A stretch of 64,000 nt of DNA from positions 12,518,328-12,582,327 of the forward strand of contig CAVNZM010000002.1 in assembly GCA_963693365.1 (NCBI GenBank), written 5' to 3'. Of the stretch, positions 1-16,100 are shown one piece after another. Position numbers and translations under genes: made by a program. The DNA comes from Amoebidium appalachense. Its lineage: Eukaryota; Protista; Ichthyosporea. The notes beneath the pieces were generated by a model, which saw nothing but the letters and a program-made list of their open reading frames with translations, made no database searches and was not told the DNA's origin. The number at the start of each line of letters is the position of its first letter. The stretch's first letter is position 1.

Positions 1-629
1 TTTTTCCTCTTTCTTCGTCTTTTCTTTTCTCTTTCTTTCTTCTCTTGTTTCCTTTCATTTAATTATATTTCTCTCTCACTAATATACGTTGAGTAGATTT
101 ATATTACTCGTTATGTTTTGATTGGTAGAAAAACACTTAGGTTACACTTTAGCTTGTCAGGTATGATTCATAGCTTAGTCAACCACTTTTGTTTTGTGTG
201 TTGCCGTACTATATCCAATCAGTGGACTTAGTCAGAAAATGTCTGAGTCTTTGTAGCCGATGATAGGTTAGAAACACCACCTCTTTCCTCGTTACTCTTC
301 ACCTCTTTTCTTTCTTATAGCTGTGACCTATGGTGTGTGTTCCCGCGTCTCCGGATCTATCCGGGAAATAATCAGTTAATTATGATTGGTTATTTTAGAC
401 ATAGATCTGATTTCCGACTGGTCGGAAATCATGTATGGATTTAACTTAAGGGAATTTCAGGTATTTATTAGCGATCAAAATAAATTGAGTTCAGTCGTGT
501 CTAAACATTGATGTCTGTTGTGTACACTGCTCCGATCGTTCCGTGTTTTGTTGTTGTGTGTGTCTGTGGTGTTTTCACACTGCACCACTGTGTCTCTGCT
601 TACATCCTAAATACTTATAGAATTTAACA
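1..629. other. AT/T-rich LTR-like sequence abutting the truncated 3' end of Copia-1
   Basis: Non-coding and compositionally like the LTRs elsewhere in the window; ends in ...TTAACA next to the point where the Copia-1 RT frame breaks off. No partner LTR is visible. Confidence 0.25.
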
Positions 630-3600
630 AGTGGGCCGAGGGAGGGGGAGGTAGAACGAACGGAGGAGAAGCTCCCAGGCAGTCTTGGTGGGCTTGGAGC
701 TGAATCGGCCGAGGTAGCCAATGGCATACGAGATGTCAGGCCGGGAGCACCGAGCAACCCACAGCAGACGGCCGAGGAGTTCACGGTAGGGGACGGTGGT
801 GGGCAGGGATGAGTGGGCCCGGGAGGTCTCGTTGATGATGGTGCCCACGGGAATAGGGGTGGCCTTAGGCTTGGCATCGACCAGGTTGAAGTCGGTGATG
901 ATGTCCTTGATGTAGGAGGACTGCAGCAGCTTGAGGGAGTCACGGGTGTACAGCAGTTGGGTGCCGAGGAAGATGTCTGGCAGACCGACCTTGCACTCGG
1001 CAGACTTCGTGATGTGACGAACAAGCCCCTGCATGATGGTGGAGTTCCGTGTGCAGGTGATGATGGCATCATCAACGTAGTTGCCCGAACGGATGATGTG
1101 CCCGTTGGGGAACTGACGGAAGTAGACACACGGATCGGAACGGAGACGGGTGAGGCCGTGGGCAATGAGAATGGAGTTGAAGAACTCGTACCATGCCAGG
1201 GATGCCTGCTTGAGTCCGTAGATGGCCTTCTTGAGTTTCCAGACTTTGTGTTCATTGCCAGGGAGGATAAAACCAGGAGGTTGCTCCATGTACAAAGTCT
1301 CGTCGAGGGGGCTGTTGAGGAAGGCCGTGCTGATGTCGAGTTGATGGATCTCGTGGTCCTGTTGCACACCGAGGGCAAGCAGGGCACGGACGGAGGAGGA
1401 CATGACGACAGGGGAAGAGTTTTCACCGTAGTCAACACCGTAGACTTGGGTGAAACCCTTGGCCACACCACGACCCTTGATCTTGGTGTCACCAGCAGAG
1501 TTGAGGACCTTCTCCGTGACAATCCACTTGAATCGGATGATGTTGGCATCGGAGGGGGGCTCAACTACGTCGAAGATGTCCTTGTCGATGAAAGCCTTGT
1601 ACTCGGCAGTGAGGGCAGTCACCACTTCATCACCCTTGGTGCCAGAGCACAGCTTCTGAATTCATTTGACCGGGGCAGCTGAGACACATCAAGGCTGGGT
1701 CGGGAGATGCTCACCATAGCCATAGCAGGCCGGGAGGAGAGACGGGAGGAACGACGGGGAACGGTACGGAGGGGCTCAGGGGCCGGGGGGTTGTCTGTGA
1801 CAGACACTCGGTGGTCGGGGATGGGGGCCTGGAAGCCAGGGATGGGTGCCGTGTTGAGGGGGGAGTCGGATAACACGGGGCTGGACGGGGCCGAGTGGAA
1901 CTCCGGAGACCCAGGACGAACCGGGGTGAGATGACCAGGTACGTGGTCATTGACGGCAGGGGCCGGCAGCAGGGGTTGCTGACCGGTGGGGGGGGGGGGG
2001 TGGGGTGGAGCCACGGGGGCAGGTACACGACGGGGGGAACGACGGATAATCACCGACGGAATTTCATCGTCATCGGAATTGGAATTTCCGGAATGCAGGG
2101 ATGAATCGATTGAGGTCGTCTGATTGGTGGCCTGCACAGAAATCTGATTGGATGCCGTGGTGAATTGTGATTCGTCGAAGACGACATCGCGGTAGAGGTT
2201 GACCGTGTTGCCACGTAGATTCATGATCTTGTGGGCTTTGTTGGTGATATCCCAGCCCACGTAGGTGCCGAGTTTGACGGTAGAGGCCAACTTGTCTCGT
2301 TTGGATGCAGGGACGTGTACATAGGCTGGGCAGCCGAACACGTGCAGGTGGGAGATGTCAGGCTTGACACCGTAGAAAATTTCAAACGGTGTACGGCCAT
2401 TGGCAGCTCTGGCCGGGGTCACGTTGATGATGTAGGCAGCATGCTTGAGAGCAGCTCCCCACAGTTTGGGGGAAAGGGAGTCGGCCTTGTCCTGATGAAG
2501 GAAGCACCGAACGATCTCCTGCAGATCCCTCATCTTACGTTCAACGAAGCCGTTGAGTTGGGGGCAGTCAACCGGGGTAAATTCTTGAATGATGCCCTTG
2601 GACTGGCAGTACTGCTCCATAGCGTGGGAGGTGAACTCGGACCCAGAGTCTGAACGGAAGTGGGTCACCACCTTGTCGGGTTGCTTGTCAGTAGTCTCAA
2701 CCAGGGCCTTGACGTATTCGAGAGTTTCGGATCGATCACGGAGGAGGTACACGATGGTGTAGCCGGAGGCATCACAGGTACACACGAGGGCCACCTTGTA
2801 GCCACCATAGGAGGCACAGGGAGGCTCGAAGAAGTCCATGTGCCACTTGGCACCGGGGAAGGGGCACTGGGTTCTGGTGCCGGAGAATGGGGCCTTGGTG
2901 GTCTTGCCGGAGACACAACCGAAGCAGTCAGTGGTGTCAGCCACTGAGAGGGATGAGGGGAGGCCTGTCACGAGGTCACCTCTCACCATCTTGGTGAGGG
3001 TGGACAGGGCACGATGGCCGAGACGGTGGTGCCAGAGCTGAGGATCATTGTTGACCTTGACGTTGGCTACCAGAGCAGTGACGGTCCGAGGGATGGAGGG
3101 ACGTATCTCATAGTCAGTGATGAAGTACAGTCCATCTGTGCCTGTGAGGGAACACACGATGTTGCCACCACGAGTGTAGAGGTATGATGGGAATGCATCC
3201 TCATCATCGAGGTGGGCAAGGAGACCCGACTTGGAGGCCATTGAGGGTGATATCAGGAAGGCTGGGGAGTCGGGTACATAGAGGGTGTTGAGGCTCAGTA
3301 CTGATGTTACTCCGTTGTAGGTGACGGCCAGGTTGATGACACCACGGTGATGTGCAGTGACGATGCCGAGGCCGTGGACGTCAGTCGGGGGGCATGGCTC
3401 AAGAGTAGAGAAGTACTCTTTTACTGGGCACACGTGGACGTTTGAAGCCGAGTCCCAGCAGGGGTCCATGGGTAGGGAGGCCGTGGTGGACACGAGGGCA
3501 AAATGCACCTCTTTTCCAGACTTGGTGTTGGCACGGTGACGACGGGCAATTGAGCAGCCAGGTTTGTCACACTGTGTGACATGATGGTCTTCGTGACAGT

Positions 3601-4561
3601 AGGCACAGTCGAGGGAGCCAGTGGTCTTGGCTCGGGGTGGCTGGGAATGACGGTTACCCCCTTTACGTGGGGGGTAGGGTGACCGGGAACGATAGCCGGG
3701 GGAACGGGACCGTGAGTAATCACGGTCAACTGAGGGGGATCGATCGGTGGGACGACCGCGGGGGTGACGGGAGACGGAGCTGTCACGTCGGGGGATCCGG
3801 TGTCTGAGGTCGTCCTTGGTGAGTACACGGCTTTGCAGGGCACGTGCTGTTCGGACGGTGGAGGAGGACCCGGACCCAGAGTCGATGAGACCTTCACGGA
3901 TCTCTGCAGCTCTGATGTCACTGATTAGACGGTTGTAGGTCTCGTAGTTAATGGTACGACGGAAGTAGTCGGCAATCATGGCCTGGATGTCGGTACAAAC
4001 TAACTTACGGTTCTTCTTGAGGTGGATGAAGAAGTTATCAACCATAGTCTTGTGAGGAATGGGCTCTTCGAGGATGTGCAGGGTAGTGCACAGACGGCGT
4101 GCCATGGTGAGGTAGGCCGTGACGGTCTTGAAGTCTTTGAGTTCAAGCTCATGGTAGTCGAGGAGGATTTGACGAGCACGATCTTCACGTTCAGCCGCAT
4201 AGGTCATACGGAGGTTGTGGAAAGCTTGGGCAGGTGACACATCATCGTGGATTTGACCAGAGTTATACAGCTCATCATTGGAGACGAGTTGAGTAAACAT
4301 CTGTTCAAGGAGGTTGGAAGCCTCGGTGTAGGCCTCCTCAGTGTCGTAGCCGTGCCACTCATTCTCGTCGGAAGGGTCGACCCACTCGGGGGCCTTGATG
4401 ACGGGCACTAACTTGGCCGCGGTGGTGGTACGTAGGTACCGGAAGATGACGGGTTCCCACTCATAATAGGTGAGACGTTTGCCGGACTTCTTGTCCGTGG
4501 TGTCATCCCCTTTCCAGGGGGTGAGGTTGAGATACGCAGGTTTCTCCGACATGGTGATCAA
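624..4561 (-). pseudogene. Copia gag-pol polyprotein, frameshifted and truncated
   Basis: ORF 1619-4561 has a Zn knuckle (CAYCHEDHHVTQC), protease (WDSASNVH), GAG-pre-integrase (LWHHRLGH) and integrase (HMD...SDSGSEF...NGFVER). ORF 624-1625 has RT (QLDISTAFL, LYGLKQA, YVDD). Comparison with Copia-2 indicates a ~5-nt insertion near 1662-1666; homology is lost near 645. Confidence 0.9.
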
Positions 4562-5089
4562 TCAGTCAGATGATGCGTGAGAGAGGAATCAGATCGGTAT
4601 TCAAATTTGAATATTTTTTTTTGATTGCAGCGAGAGTATGTGTTTGCGAGAGCGTGCGAAAATGGGCCTTTAACCTGTTGTTTTGTACGGGTCTAAGGGA
4701 GCAGAGTGCACAGAGGTGTCATGTAAAAACACGACTAACACATTAATGAGAGGGCAATCGGAGTTGTTCACGAGACATTGAAAGATTTCAAACAACAACT
4801 GAATCTTTATTGTGCTCTCGGTTCCTTTTGTACTTGCGACTTATCACCTTATCACAACTAAAGAGGGAGAACCAATCGGTTCTATCAGAAGATAGAAAAA
4901 CACATTCCGACAGAGCATACGCATTCCAACTTCCGATTAAACTAAAGTGTAGAAACTCTTACTTAAATAAATTAAGTAATTATACATCTAGTCACTATTA
5001 ACTCACATATATATTTATGTTCGTCTCTATAAAGAAACTTATTTAAATACATATATTTCCTAACAGTCGACACTCTCAAAGTGAAGACA
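645..5089 (-). mobile_element. Ty1/copia LTR retrotransposon (Copia-1), 3'-truncated
   Basis: Gag-PR-IN-RT order on the minus strand. PBS GGTTAAAGGCCC at 4664-4675. The sequence from 4676 is homologous to the Copia-2 LTR end. No RNase H or 3' LTR. The outer LTR end (5089) is approximate. Confidence 0.9.
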
Positions 5090-5404
5090 CTTTGCAATAA
5101 ACCGAATTCCATATATATCTATTGTCCAATCACAACACACATATATTAACAGACAGGAATGCACAACACAATCTACAGATGTACTCGCTCGCGACTATTG
5201 GCGAGCCATCCTTTTGAGAACAAACTAGGCCATTTTGAAATAAAGGAAAGACAACGAGTGAGGCTAGCCAATCACGCTACCTCTCAGATAAACAGAGGAG
5301 AGCAAATAGAAATAAAACACAATAAGTTCTTATCAGGCAAGAGAGCCAGGTGTGCACAGATCTACAGATATCTGTGCCCACAGAAACAAGGGAGAGAGAG
5401 ATAC

Positions 5405-7950
<2,546 letters not shown>

Positions 7951-8544
7951 CCCCTTTCCCCTCCCCGGCCTCATCACACCAACTGGACCCACAAACACAA
8001 GCACGGCCACCCTTGTTCAACTCGGTATTATACATTTTGTGCCAGTGTGTCACGGATGTGCTAAGAAATGTGCAGTTACCAAGGGGTTTGGAAGTTTCGG
8101 AATGTTACTTTACAAATAAAAAAACCGTTAGGGGTTCATTAAGGCACCAGCTATACATACAAGCCTGATCATGATTCACCCGCCAGTCCGTGACTTACTG
8201 TAACAACGTTTTCTCTTGCAATTGGGGCTTTTACGAATATCACAGAGCAAAAATCCTACAGTCTCATCGGGTTTCAGATTCTGAGCCACACACAGTGTGC
8301 GTCAAGCCAGGAGAAAATTTACTACTACCGGAATGATTACAATAACGGGAATACTATATGACGCTGTTGCTATATATTGAACTTGCTAAATATGGGATAA
8401 AGCACTTGCGGAGTTCCACTGGCTATGATACCTGAATCATTTGAGAGATTATTCTTTGAGCACAATACTCAGGTCTCGTTACATTACTAATGGTGTTGCG
8501 CTTTCTACAGGAAGTTCTATTCAGCCGCTAGTACACATGTCACC

Positions 8545-9934
8545 TCAGTCATCGTAGTAATAACCGTAGCCTGTGTGATGCCTCTCATAGTTATCTCTAT
8601 AGTAGGGCCTATGATCTCTATGATTCCTATGTACATGCCCATAACGAATTTCGTGATGATCTCTATTATTCCTGTGTCCATATGCATGCGGATGTTCATG
8701 GTGCCGAGCACGATAATGCAACCATTCCACATTTCCTGTTCTATAATTTCTCAGATTGTACATTCTCTTTGGTTTTGCGTTTGTGCTTGTTAACTGCATG
8801 GCGCGCCCTTCCAGCTTAGTCTTATCGGGGCCAGTCCAAAAGGGTAGTCCCTCGTCGCATATACCCTCAACATCATCAGTGGGTGATTTTTTTGTGCTCC
8901 ACAAAACAAGCCCCCATACGGGGAGGGGGGGGTTTGATCTCCCATCCGAAATAACTACGTTCTTATCTATCTGAATATTTAGCTTGTGCGAACACGCACC
9001 GTTTAACCCCTTTTCTACCGTTATGGATTCTCCGTCTTTTAAAATAGACTGAGGAAAGCGTGCAACATTTGAAGTAACGTCGATGTAGTTTCCATCGTCG
9101 CTTCCCGCAGCGCGAAAAACCCCATTGGCCGGATTTGGTTTTGGGCGTTCGAGACCCGTAGCTGGTTTGACTGCAGCTGTCACTCTCGTGGGATTTTTGT
9201 TCGTTGGTATCGGGGTAGGAAGGCCGGTTGGCACGGGCGGGTAAGAGTGTTAAAGTTGCTGTATCTGTGAAGAAACCCCCCGGAAAGTTCGTCGGAAATC
9301 CCGTGGATTCGCCCGTAGGCCACACAGCGTCAGTAAACCCAGGTACGTTAGCACCTGGCCCAGGTGGCATGTTAGTCTGGAACGGAAAACTCACTCCCTG
9401 GATTCCGGCAGGTAGGCCGTGCAGGCCGGTATCCATTCCAAATCCGGGAGGCAGGCCAGTGTCTGTTGGGCCAAAACCGGCGGGTAGGCCCTGTGCGGTA
9501 TTCATTTGAAATCCGCCTGCAGGAGGTACTACTAGTCCGTTATCTGGTGCTCCAAATCCGACTAGTGGGCCGGTTAAAGTGTTCGTTGGAATTCCGCCAG
9601 ACAGACCAGGTAGGTTGGTATCCATTCCAAAGCCGGGAGGTATAACGGTGTTTGTGAGCATTGAGTTAAAGTTATTATTGCCAGGAGGAGTCATGGTGTT
9701 TTGAGGTGTTGGTGCGAATGTGTCTGTGGGGCCAGGCAAAGGCGGCAAAAAACTCGAGCTACTGAACATGTCGTTAGCTGCGGCCATATCCAAGGGGGGT
9801 GGTGTAGGTGGTACGGCATTTGCGGGTAGTTGATTTGCGGTTGTAGGTGTGGTGGTGGGATTAATGGGCAATGATAGTGTGTATGGTACAAAAGCTATAC
9901 AGATACCGAGGGCTCTGAGGCTTGTTGGTGCCAT
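8545..9934 (-). CDS. Putative secreted Pro/Gly/Thr-rich protein, split by a frameshift near 9240
   Basis: ATG 9934 gives a signal-peptide-like MAPTSLRALGICIAFVPYTLSLP, then PPGFGMDT repeats. The P/T-rich composition continues in ORF 8545-9234 (PTGLPTPIPT), then a globular-looking segment and a His/Arg/Tyr-rich tail. Confidence 0.6.
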
Positions 9935-10884
9935 TTTATGATTTAATTAACGAAAAGGTTTACAGACTATTTCTAAAACAAGACTTGTGTGTGCATTTGA
10001 GCAAAAAGTAGCGAAAAGCAACATGGCACCGAGCTGGTGTACAGCCGTGGGGAACCTACGCTGCATAGCCTTAGGAAACTAAAATTACTTTACTAAGCAA
10101 GATCACTTGCAATTGGTGTTCAAATAGAGCTGGAAGTGTGAGCAGCTATGTACTTTACACCTCAGTTTTCTGTGTCAGGCTGATGGGGTCACAGGGAATG
10201 CTAACTGTGAGAACCACAAATCTGTTGCATAAACCGTAAGGCTTAGGTGTGCAAGACATAAACAAACGAGCTACATACATGGTTAACGAAGTTTTTGACC
10301 GAGAAGTGCTGAAGCTCGACACTGAAACGTCTGCTTGAACATCGATAGAAGCTGCAAGACTGACTGTCACTGACCTGACTAGCTAGGCTAGCCAACCTTC
10401 AAGATATGATACCTGAAAATTGAAAGTCGCTTAAATAGCACGGTTGCTACTGCTACATATGGACTCTCTCAGAACTCGGACATGGTTTTTATGAAAAAAC
10501 AAATTCGACTGTCCGAGTTTGACTCGATCAGTGATAGCGAGGATCGCGTCTTCCAAAGTTTTAGACTCGCCGATGCTTTGATTGGACAATATTGCACCAA
10601 GGGAAATTTCTCTGTAGATCGAGATTGCGATTCTTCATCCCGTCGCCTGTCGGCCGGGGGTTGCCTGGGTTTGGCGCTCTTAATCGTATTTAGGCAACTT
10701 CACTTTCACTTCGATCTCTTAGCTGTCACGTCAACTTTTTTTCCCGGTTCTTCACCATGGCAGGTATATAAATACTTTCGTTTCTTCTTTTTGTGGTGGG
10801 ACTCAGGGGAACGTGACTGCAGCGTTTAAATTTGTGTGGTGTGGCCTGACATGTATTCCTATACAACATATGGGGGCGCGGAAC

Positions 10885-11360
10885 CCCGTGGATGTGACGT
10901 CACAGGTGTGACGTCACATCCACACGGTCCCGCAGCCCCCAAAGATATGGCATAGGTGGATATGAGGTGTGTGATATCTGTGTATATCGCGACATGGGAT
11001 ATGAGATATGGGTGGATATATGTACAGGAGCACGTGCACACATTGTGTGTGCAAAACACGTGCAGCGCACGTGGTTTTAATTAAAAAATTAAATAGAGAG
11101 GGCGGAACACGTGTACGCGTACGTGTGCGCGTACATGTGGTGCGCACACGTACAGGTGCTGCGGATCCAAGGAATGCGAGAATTCTGAATTCCGGCGAAA
11201 ACTGACCAATGGGAATTCGAATCCTGAATTCAATGGGAAACTGACCAATGGAAATAGTCGCCCAATGGGAATTGGGCGAAAAAGCAAATTTGCCGGAACA
11301 CTGACCAATCAGAACGCGTAAGCCGAAATCTGTACATTCCATCCCGAAACTGACCAATAG
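10885..11360 (+). promoter_or_regulatory. Terminal regulatory region: palindromic CRE pair and CCAAT repeats
   Basis: TGACGTCA at 10895-10902 and 10909-10916 inside an inverted repeat (GTGGATGTGACGTCAC...GTGACGTCACATCCAC). ACTGACCAAT occurs four times between 11201 and 11360, upstream of the PolB-like ORF. Mirrored at 37336-37815. Confidence 0.5.
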
Positions 11361-11689
11361 GACCGCGAATGGCTCATTGTTTTTGGTAAACAGAGGCGGC
11401 CGGCCGGCGGCGGCCAGACACGCGCACAGATTTGTTGTTTTTGCGTACTGCTTCGTGAGATTTGGAGAGATTTTTGCTTTTGAGATTTCACTGGGCTTTG
11501 AGATTTAATAGACACAGGCACAGAGACGTTATTTTGCATGCTGTTTTTTATTGAGGCATTGCTCTGGCACAGCCAGGCTAGCAACCATCGATTAGATTGA
11601 TACTTGAGATTTATAAGATTACAGCCTGAGATCTAAGGTTACCATTCAAGATATTCAGCGAGAGCCAGGAAGAGTTTGAAGATGATCTG

Positions 11690-13186
11690 TTGCGGGCACT
11701 GGATGCCGACCCGCAGCAGGTCCTGCAGGCCCACCCCTTCCTGCAGGCCATGTTGGCCCCACCACCCCCACCCCCACCCCTCCCCGGCCAGCCCCCCGCC
11801 CCCGCCCCCATCAATCACCCCGATGACCCCCAGATCATTGCCATGCCGGCCGAGGGCAACTGGCAACTGCGTTCCCGTGTAGATGACATGCAGGCACGGG
11901 GACTGGGTGTGCGTGGCCACACCCTCGAGTACCAACCCCTGCGCACCCTTGACGTGACTGAGTTCCCCCAGTTTTTTGCAGCCATGCTGTTCGATGCCAT
12001 GGCCCGTGCAGATGTGCAGGCGGGGGACATGCTGATTGTGCGTATCATCAGCCTGCACGTGCAGGCCAACGGTGTGGACAACCAGATGGGGGATGATGGC
12101 AACCCCAACGCCGACGTGACCAACCGTCGTGTGTTTACTGCCGGCCCCATGGAGGTGTTCAATGGTGATGTCAACGCCGTGGTGCTCAAGCGGATGGAGA
12201 ACATACGGCAACGCACCCAGAGTGCAGCCGAGACCTTCATGGACGGCAGATCCACCGTGCATCTGACGGTGGCCCGACCCAAGGACATGGTGAGGAGGGG
12301 GGCCTGCGGGTCCCTGTCCACCACCACGGGGGTGAATGCACAGTGGCTGCAGGATCTGGTGGAGGCCAAGGCCGTGGTGGATGTGACCGCCCTCGTGCAG
12401 GCTGCCTGCAGCACCGACGACCCACAGGTGACCGGGGAGAGGGCCCTCGACCACCAGCAGCTGCACGGCTTTGCCTACGGCCCCAACTGTGCCCAGCTGT
12501 GCCTGTTGTACAGCATGGTGATGTGGGTGAAGAAGGCAGCCAATGGCAACGAGCAGGCCAGCCTGCCCACCGAGCACACACGCAAGGTGCTGGGCAAGGG
12601 GGGCAACCTCATGGATCGCAAGGACCACCACGTGCTGTGCCACCTGCTGACCCCGGAGGAGGTGTTGGGGGCCGGCAACACGACCCTGGGGGTGTCGAGA
12701 TCTTCCGGCTGTGGGGTGTGCAACCTGCTACTCCCCCCCACAGATCCAAGGAGCCACCACCAAGACCGTTACCTGCGGAGATTGGTGAGGGCAACCCGAG
12801 TGCTGTGGACCAAGTACGACCTGCCTGTGCCTGCAGAGGACGGCCTGACGGTGGATGAGCTGGGGGCAGCCGTGGATGCCCTCAACACAGCCATTGCCGA
12901 GCAGCCTGAGTCAGTCACCCGCCTGCGGCTGGTGGTGGTGGACATGGACAGCGGGGCCAAAGTGCTACGCCGGTACGGGGACCTGAGCATGGCCCTGCCC
13001 GCCTCCAAGCTGTGCACCATGTACTTGGCCCACTCACAGAAGCTGGGCCACTTCACGGCCATCACCTCCAGTGTCAGCACGACCATCGAGCGCCTACGAC
13101 ACAGCAACCACACGGGGGAGGCACGACGGAACCTCAGCACCTGCTACTACCCTCTGTCCTCCATCCCACCCCCAACCCCACTGTAA
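11690..13186 (+). pseudogene. N-terminal fragment (terminal protein plus OTU-like domain) of a Polinton/adintovirus protein-primed DNA polymerase B
   Basis: Motif order typical of the Polinton pPolB N-terminus: RQRTQSAAETF...VHLTVARP, NCAQLCL (putative catalytic Cys), ATRVLWTKYDLPVP...GLTVDEL, LRLVVVD, MYL...GHFTAITS (putative catalytic His). It stops at STCYY, the apparent start of the CxxC Zn motif; there are no exonuclease or polymerase motifs. Confidence 0.7.
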
Positions 13187-16100
13187 ACAGTTGGACTAGT
13201 TAGGATAAGGCAGAGTACAACTGAATCAAAATAAAGACAGAGAACGGGTAGAAAGGCACACGCGGCCAGGTTGCTTTTACTATGGGCCGACTCAGTCTGT
13301 CTCAGACTTCACTGATGTGATCCCCGTACTGGGACGGCTTTCTTATATAGCCCCCAGGTTTCGGATCAAGGCCCAGGATTGGTTCATCCGCGGCCAGCGC
13401 GGGTGGCAACATGCCATTCGTGATTCTGGTGCGGTCCGAGCCAGTCAGACCTTTGTCCTATTTATGCAAACCTCTTATTGGTTCACTTCGTTTATGTGGT
13501 ATGCAGCTGAAGAACCATATATGGTTCAATTCTTAGGTAAGAGTCAGTCCTATTGGTGCGGACATAATATTTATGTGATATTCATGACAAAGCACACGAT
13601 TCATTAGTAAACATGTACAGTTCATGTGTACAGTTGTTTACACTCCCCCCCTTGTCGGGAGCCTGGTGGTGTCGTTAGACAAGCAAACCACCAGGCTGAG
13701 AGGCGATAAACAACCTTCAGCGAGAATTCTTGTGCGCCGAGCTGCTGGGCAGAACAGAGCAAGGACGGTTGAATAGAGTTGTGCACGTCTATGAGCACTT
13801 CTTCATTTGCCAAAACGTAAATTCATGCAGCATTCTTCTGTGATTTCATTTTCGTGGCGAAGATTGTTGCAGAGTGTGCGTGCGAATAATTCGCTAAGCC
13901 TTCGTCTCTGTGCTTGGCTTTTCTGTAGAAGTAGTATTTTCCTTTTTGGGAATTTTTCCTTTTTAGGATACTCCCGCAGATTCGTTTTCAATTGCGAGTA
14001 ATTTGGTTGTGTGGATGAATGATCATACCAAACATTCGATAATGAATATAACTCGAGCCTTAGGTCACTTCGTACTCAGGTAGTGGTGGATAGCTTCAAG
14101 GCTTAGCCACTGCTCGTTATCCCGGTTCTACCTTAAGACTGTAAGGCGAGTCACCATGGCCGGAAAAGCCGCTTCTTTCATGAACAAATAGCACTTCTTT
14201 CCTTTCAGCTTTAACCCTGCATCATCGGAGCTGGGAAAAACATGAATAAAAATGCCCAAGTGTTCTTCGTTGGGCGACATAAAGAAATATATCACCCGTC
14301 AGAACCAGTAAAAGCCCGGTTCATAATTCATAAGAAGAGGGTAGGCAAAGCAAGCCTCCTTCAGAAAACACATGCTTCCATTCGTGAGCAGTTTTCGTAT
14401 CCCATTTGCCAGCCATTTTCGTTGAGCAGGGGGATTCCAGGCATAATACATTCTTCTGGAGGCTTGGCCTAAAAAGAAAAGTCGTCACAGTCGCCCTTTC
14501 TTTTGTAAGCAACTTCGTGAGCGTGCTTCGTGTTTTCATATCCTCCAGTGCAGGTCTGGATGGTGCCCCATCCTCTGCTTCATTTGTAGGTGGCCCTACT
14601 GTAGGTTCTGTTCGTTATGTGGAATACCAAAACCATTCGTATTCGTGGAACTGCTTTGTGCTGTGCTTTCTTTCGTGTTGGTGTTCATGAAGTTACCCCG
14701 TTCACACACCCTACTTCTTACATACATTAGATGTAAGTAGCTGCCTGGTGAGTGTGTGGTTCGTGTTCGTGGCATTCTTCTGTTCCTTCGTGAGAAGAAT
14801 ATTCGTTTTAGCAGAGGTGCCCAATAAGGCAGCTTGTGGGGTTGTCTCCCGCATGTGCCCATTGGTGGGGTATGCACGTGCTAAATTGTTACAGTGTCAT
14901 CATATTGCAAGGGAATAACATGGTCACCTCCGTACCAGGGCCTAGGTACACATGATGGTCCGATGTGTTAGTCAACAACACCTTGCATTCGTATTCGTAT
15001 TCGTCTTCCACGTCACTTTCTTCAGTAGTGAAGGAGGGTATTCGTAATTCGAAACTGAAAGGCTTCCAGCCAAAATACTGACACTGTATGCTGGGATTGT
15101 GAGGGAACGGTGCCCATGCCACATTCTTTTGTTCTGGTGGGGGTGTGCCGGCAGCTAGTGCAAGGCTTGACAGTGTAATTCGTATGTTACAGTATTGCCA
15201 CAGACTGGCAAGTACCATTAAATTCGTACCCCACACTTTCGTTTGTCTTTCACATGCACGAACAAAAGTTCTGCATCGACTTTATTAACAACAATGTCAT
15301 GCCTTCTGTGCACCAAGAGTGCAAATTCGTTTGGGCATGGCACCAGGAAGGGCCATACATGAGGCATATGTTCGTAATGTGTTTAGGCATGCCAGCATAC
15401 ATTCATGCGCATGTTGTGCATCCTGTGCGCTAAACTATGGGGCATGCTGTATTCGACAACAGCAAGGGATTCGAAGCATGCATGCAACACTACTTTCATA
15501 AAATCTTAGGTCCTACATGCTATAGCAACAGCGACTATCTTCTTCTTTAAGTGCATTTGTGCTGAAAGTGGCCGTGCATCTGAGTTGCGAGTGTGGACGT
15601 GCACGCAGTGGCATGGACACGATGACAGTGTGCAATAGCGCAATGCACGCAAGAGCAACAGTTTCCTTGTCTTCGTAACATAGCGGGGGCCGTGTGCATT
15701 GCAACCTAAGCAGTGTTGTGCATTCGTTCTTTTCATTTTCGTGTTTCCATTTCATTTTGCTTTCGTTTTTCGTTTTTTGTCGTTTGATAACTTCGTTACT
15801 TTGTTTTGTTTTGTGTTGCATTCATTTCGTATTTCCTCTATGCATTCGCTTGTCGTTAATTCTTTATTTCATTGCGTATTCGTGATGGTTCGTTTTTCGT
15901 TGGTTCATTGCTTCGTTAGCAATTCTTTATTCGTTTGTTCGTGTATTCGTTGTTTCGTTGTGTGTTCGTTTTTCTTCACATTTTTGATGTGTCGTAGCAA
16001 AAGAAGTTTTACATGCTTTCAATTCTTTCCGTGTAGGTGGGCTGGCCACTTCAAACTTGTCGGTGTATATATTCTAAGCCGGACAAGGAAAGATGTGCCT

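Noticed and set aside
1619-1670. Programmed frameshift between IN and RT in Copia-1
   Set aside because: The related Copia-2 is continuous here; a ~5-nt insertion explains the break.
11639-12643. Long antisense or alternate-frame ORFs over the PolB fragment and the copia ORFs
   Set aside because: Shadows of GC-rich coding sequence, with no motifs of their own.
13317-13607. Duplicated 96/119-aa ORF (also 16414-16773)
   Set aside because: Lies within the two LTRs; the duplication reflects the LTR, not coding conservation.
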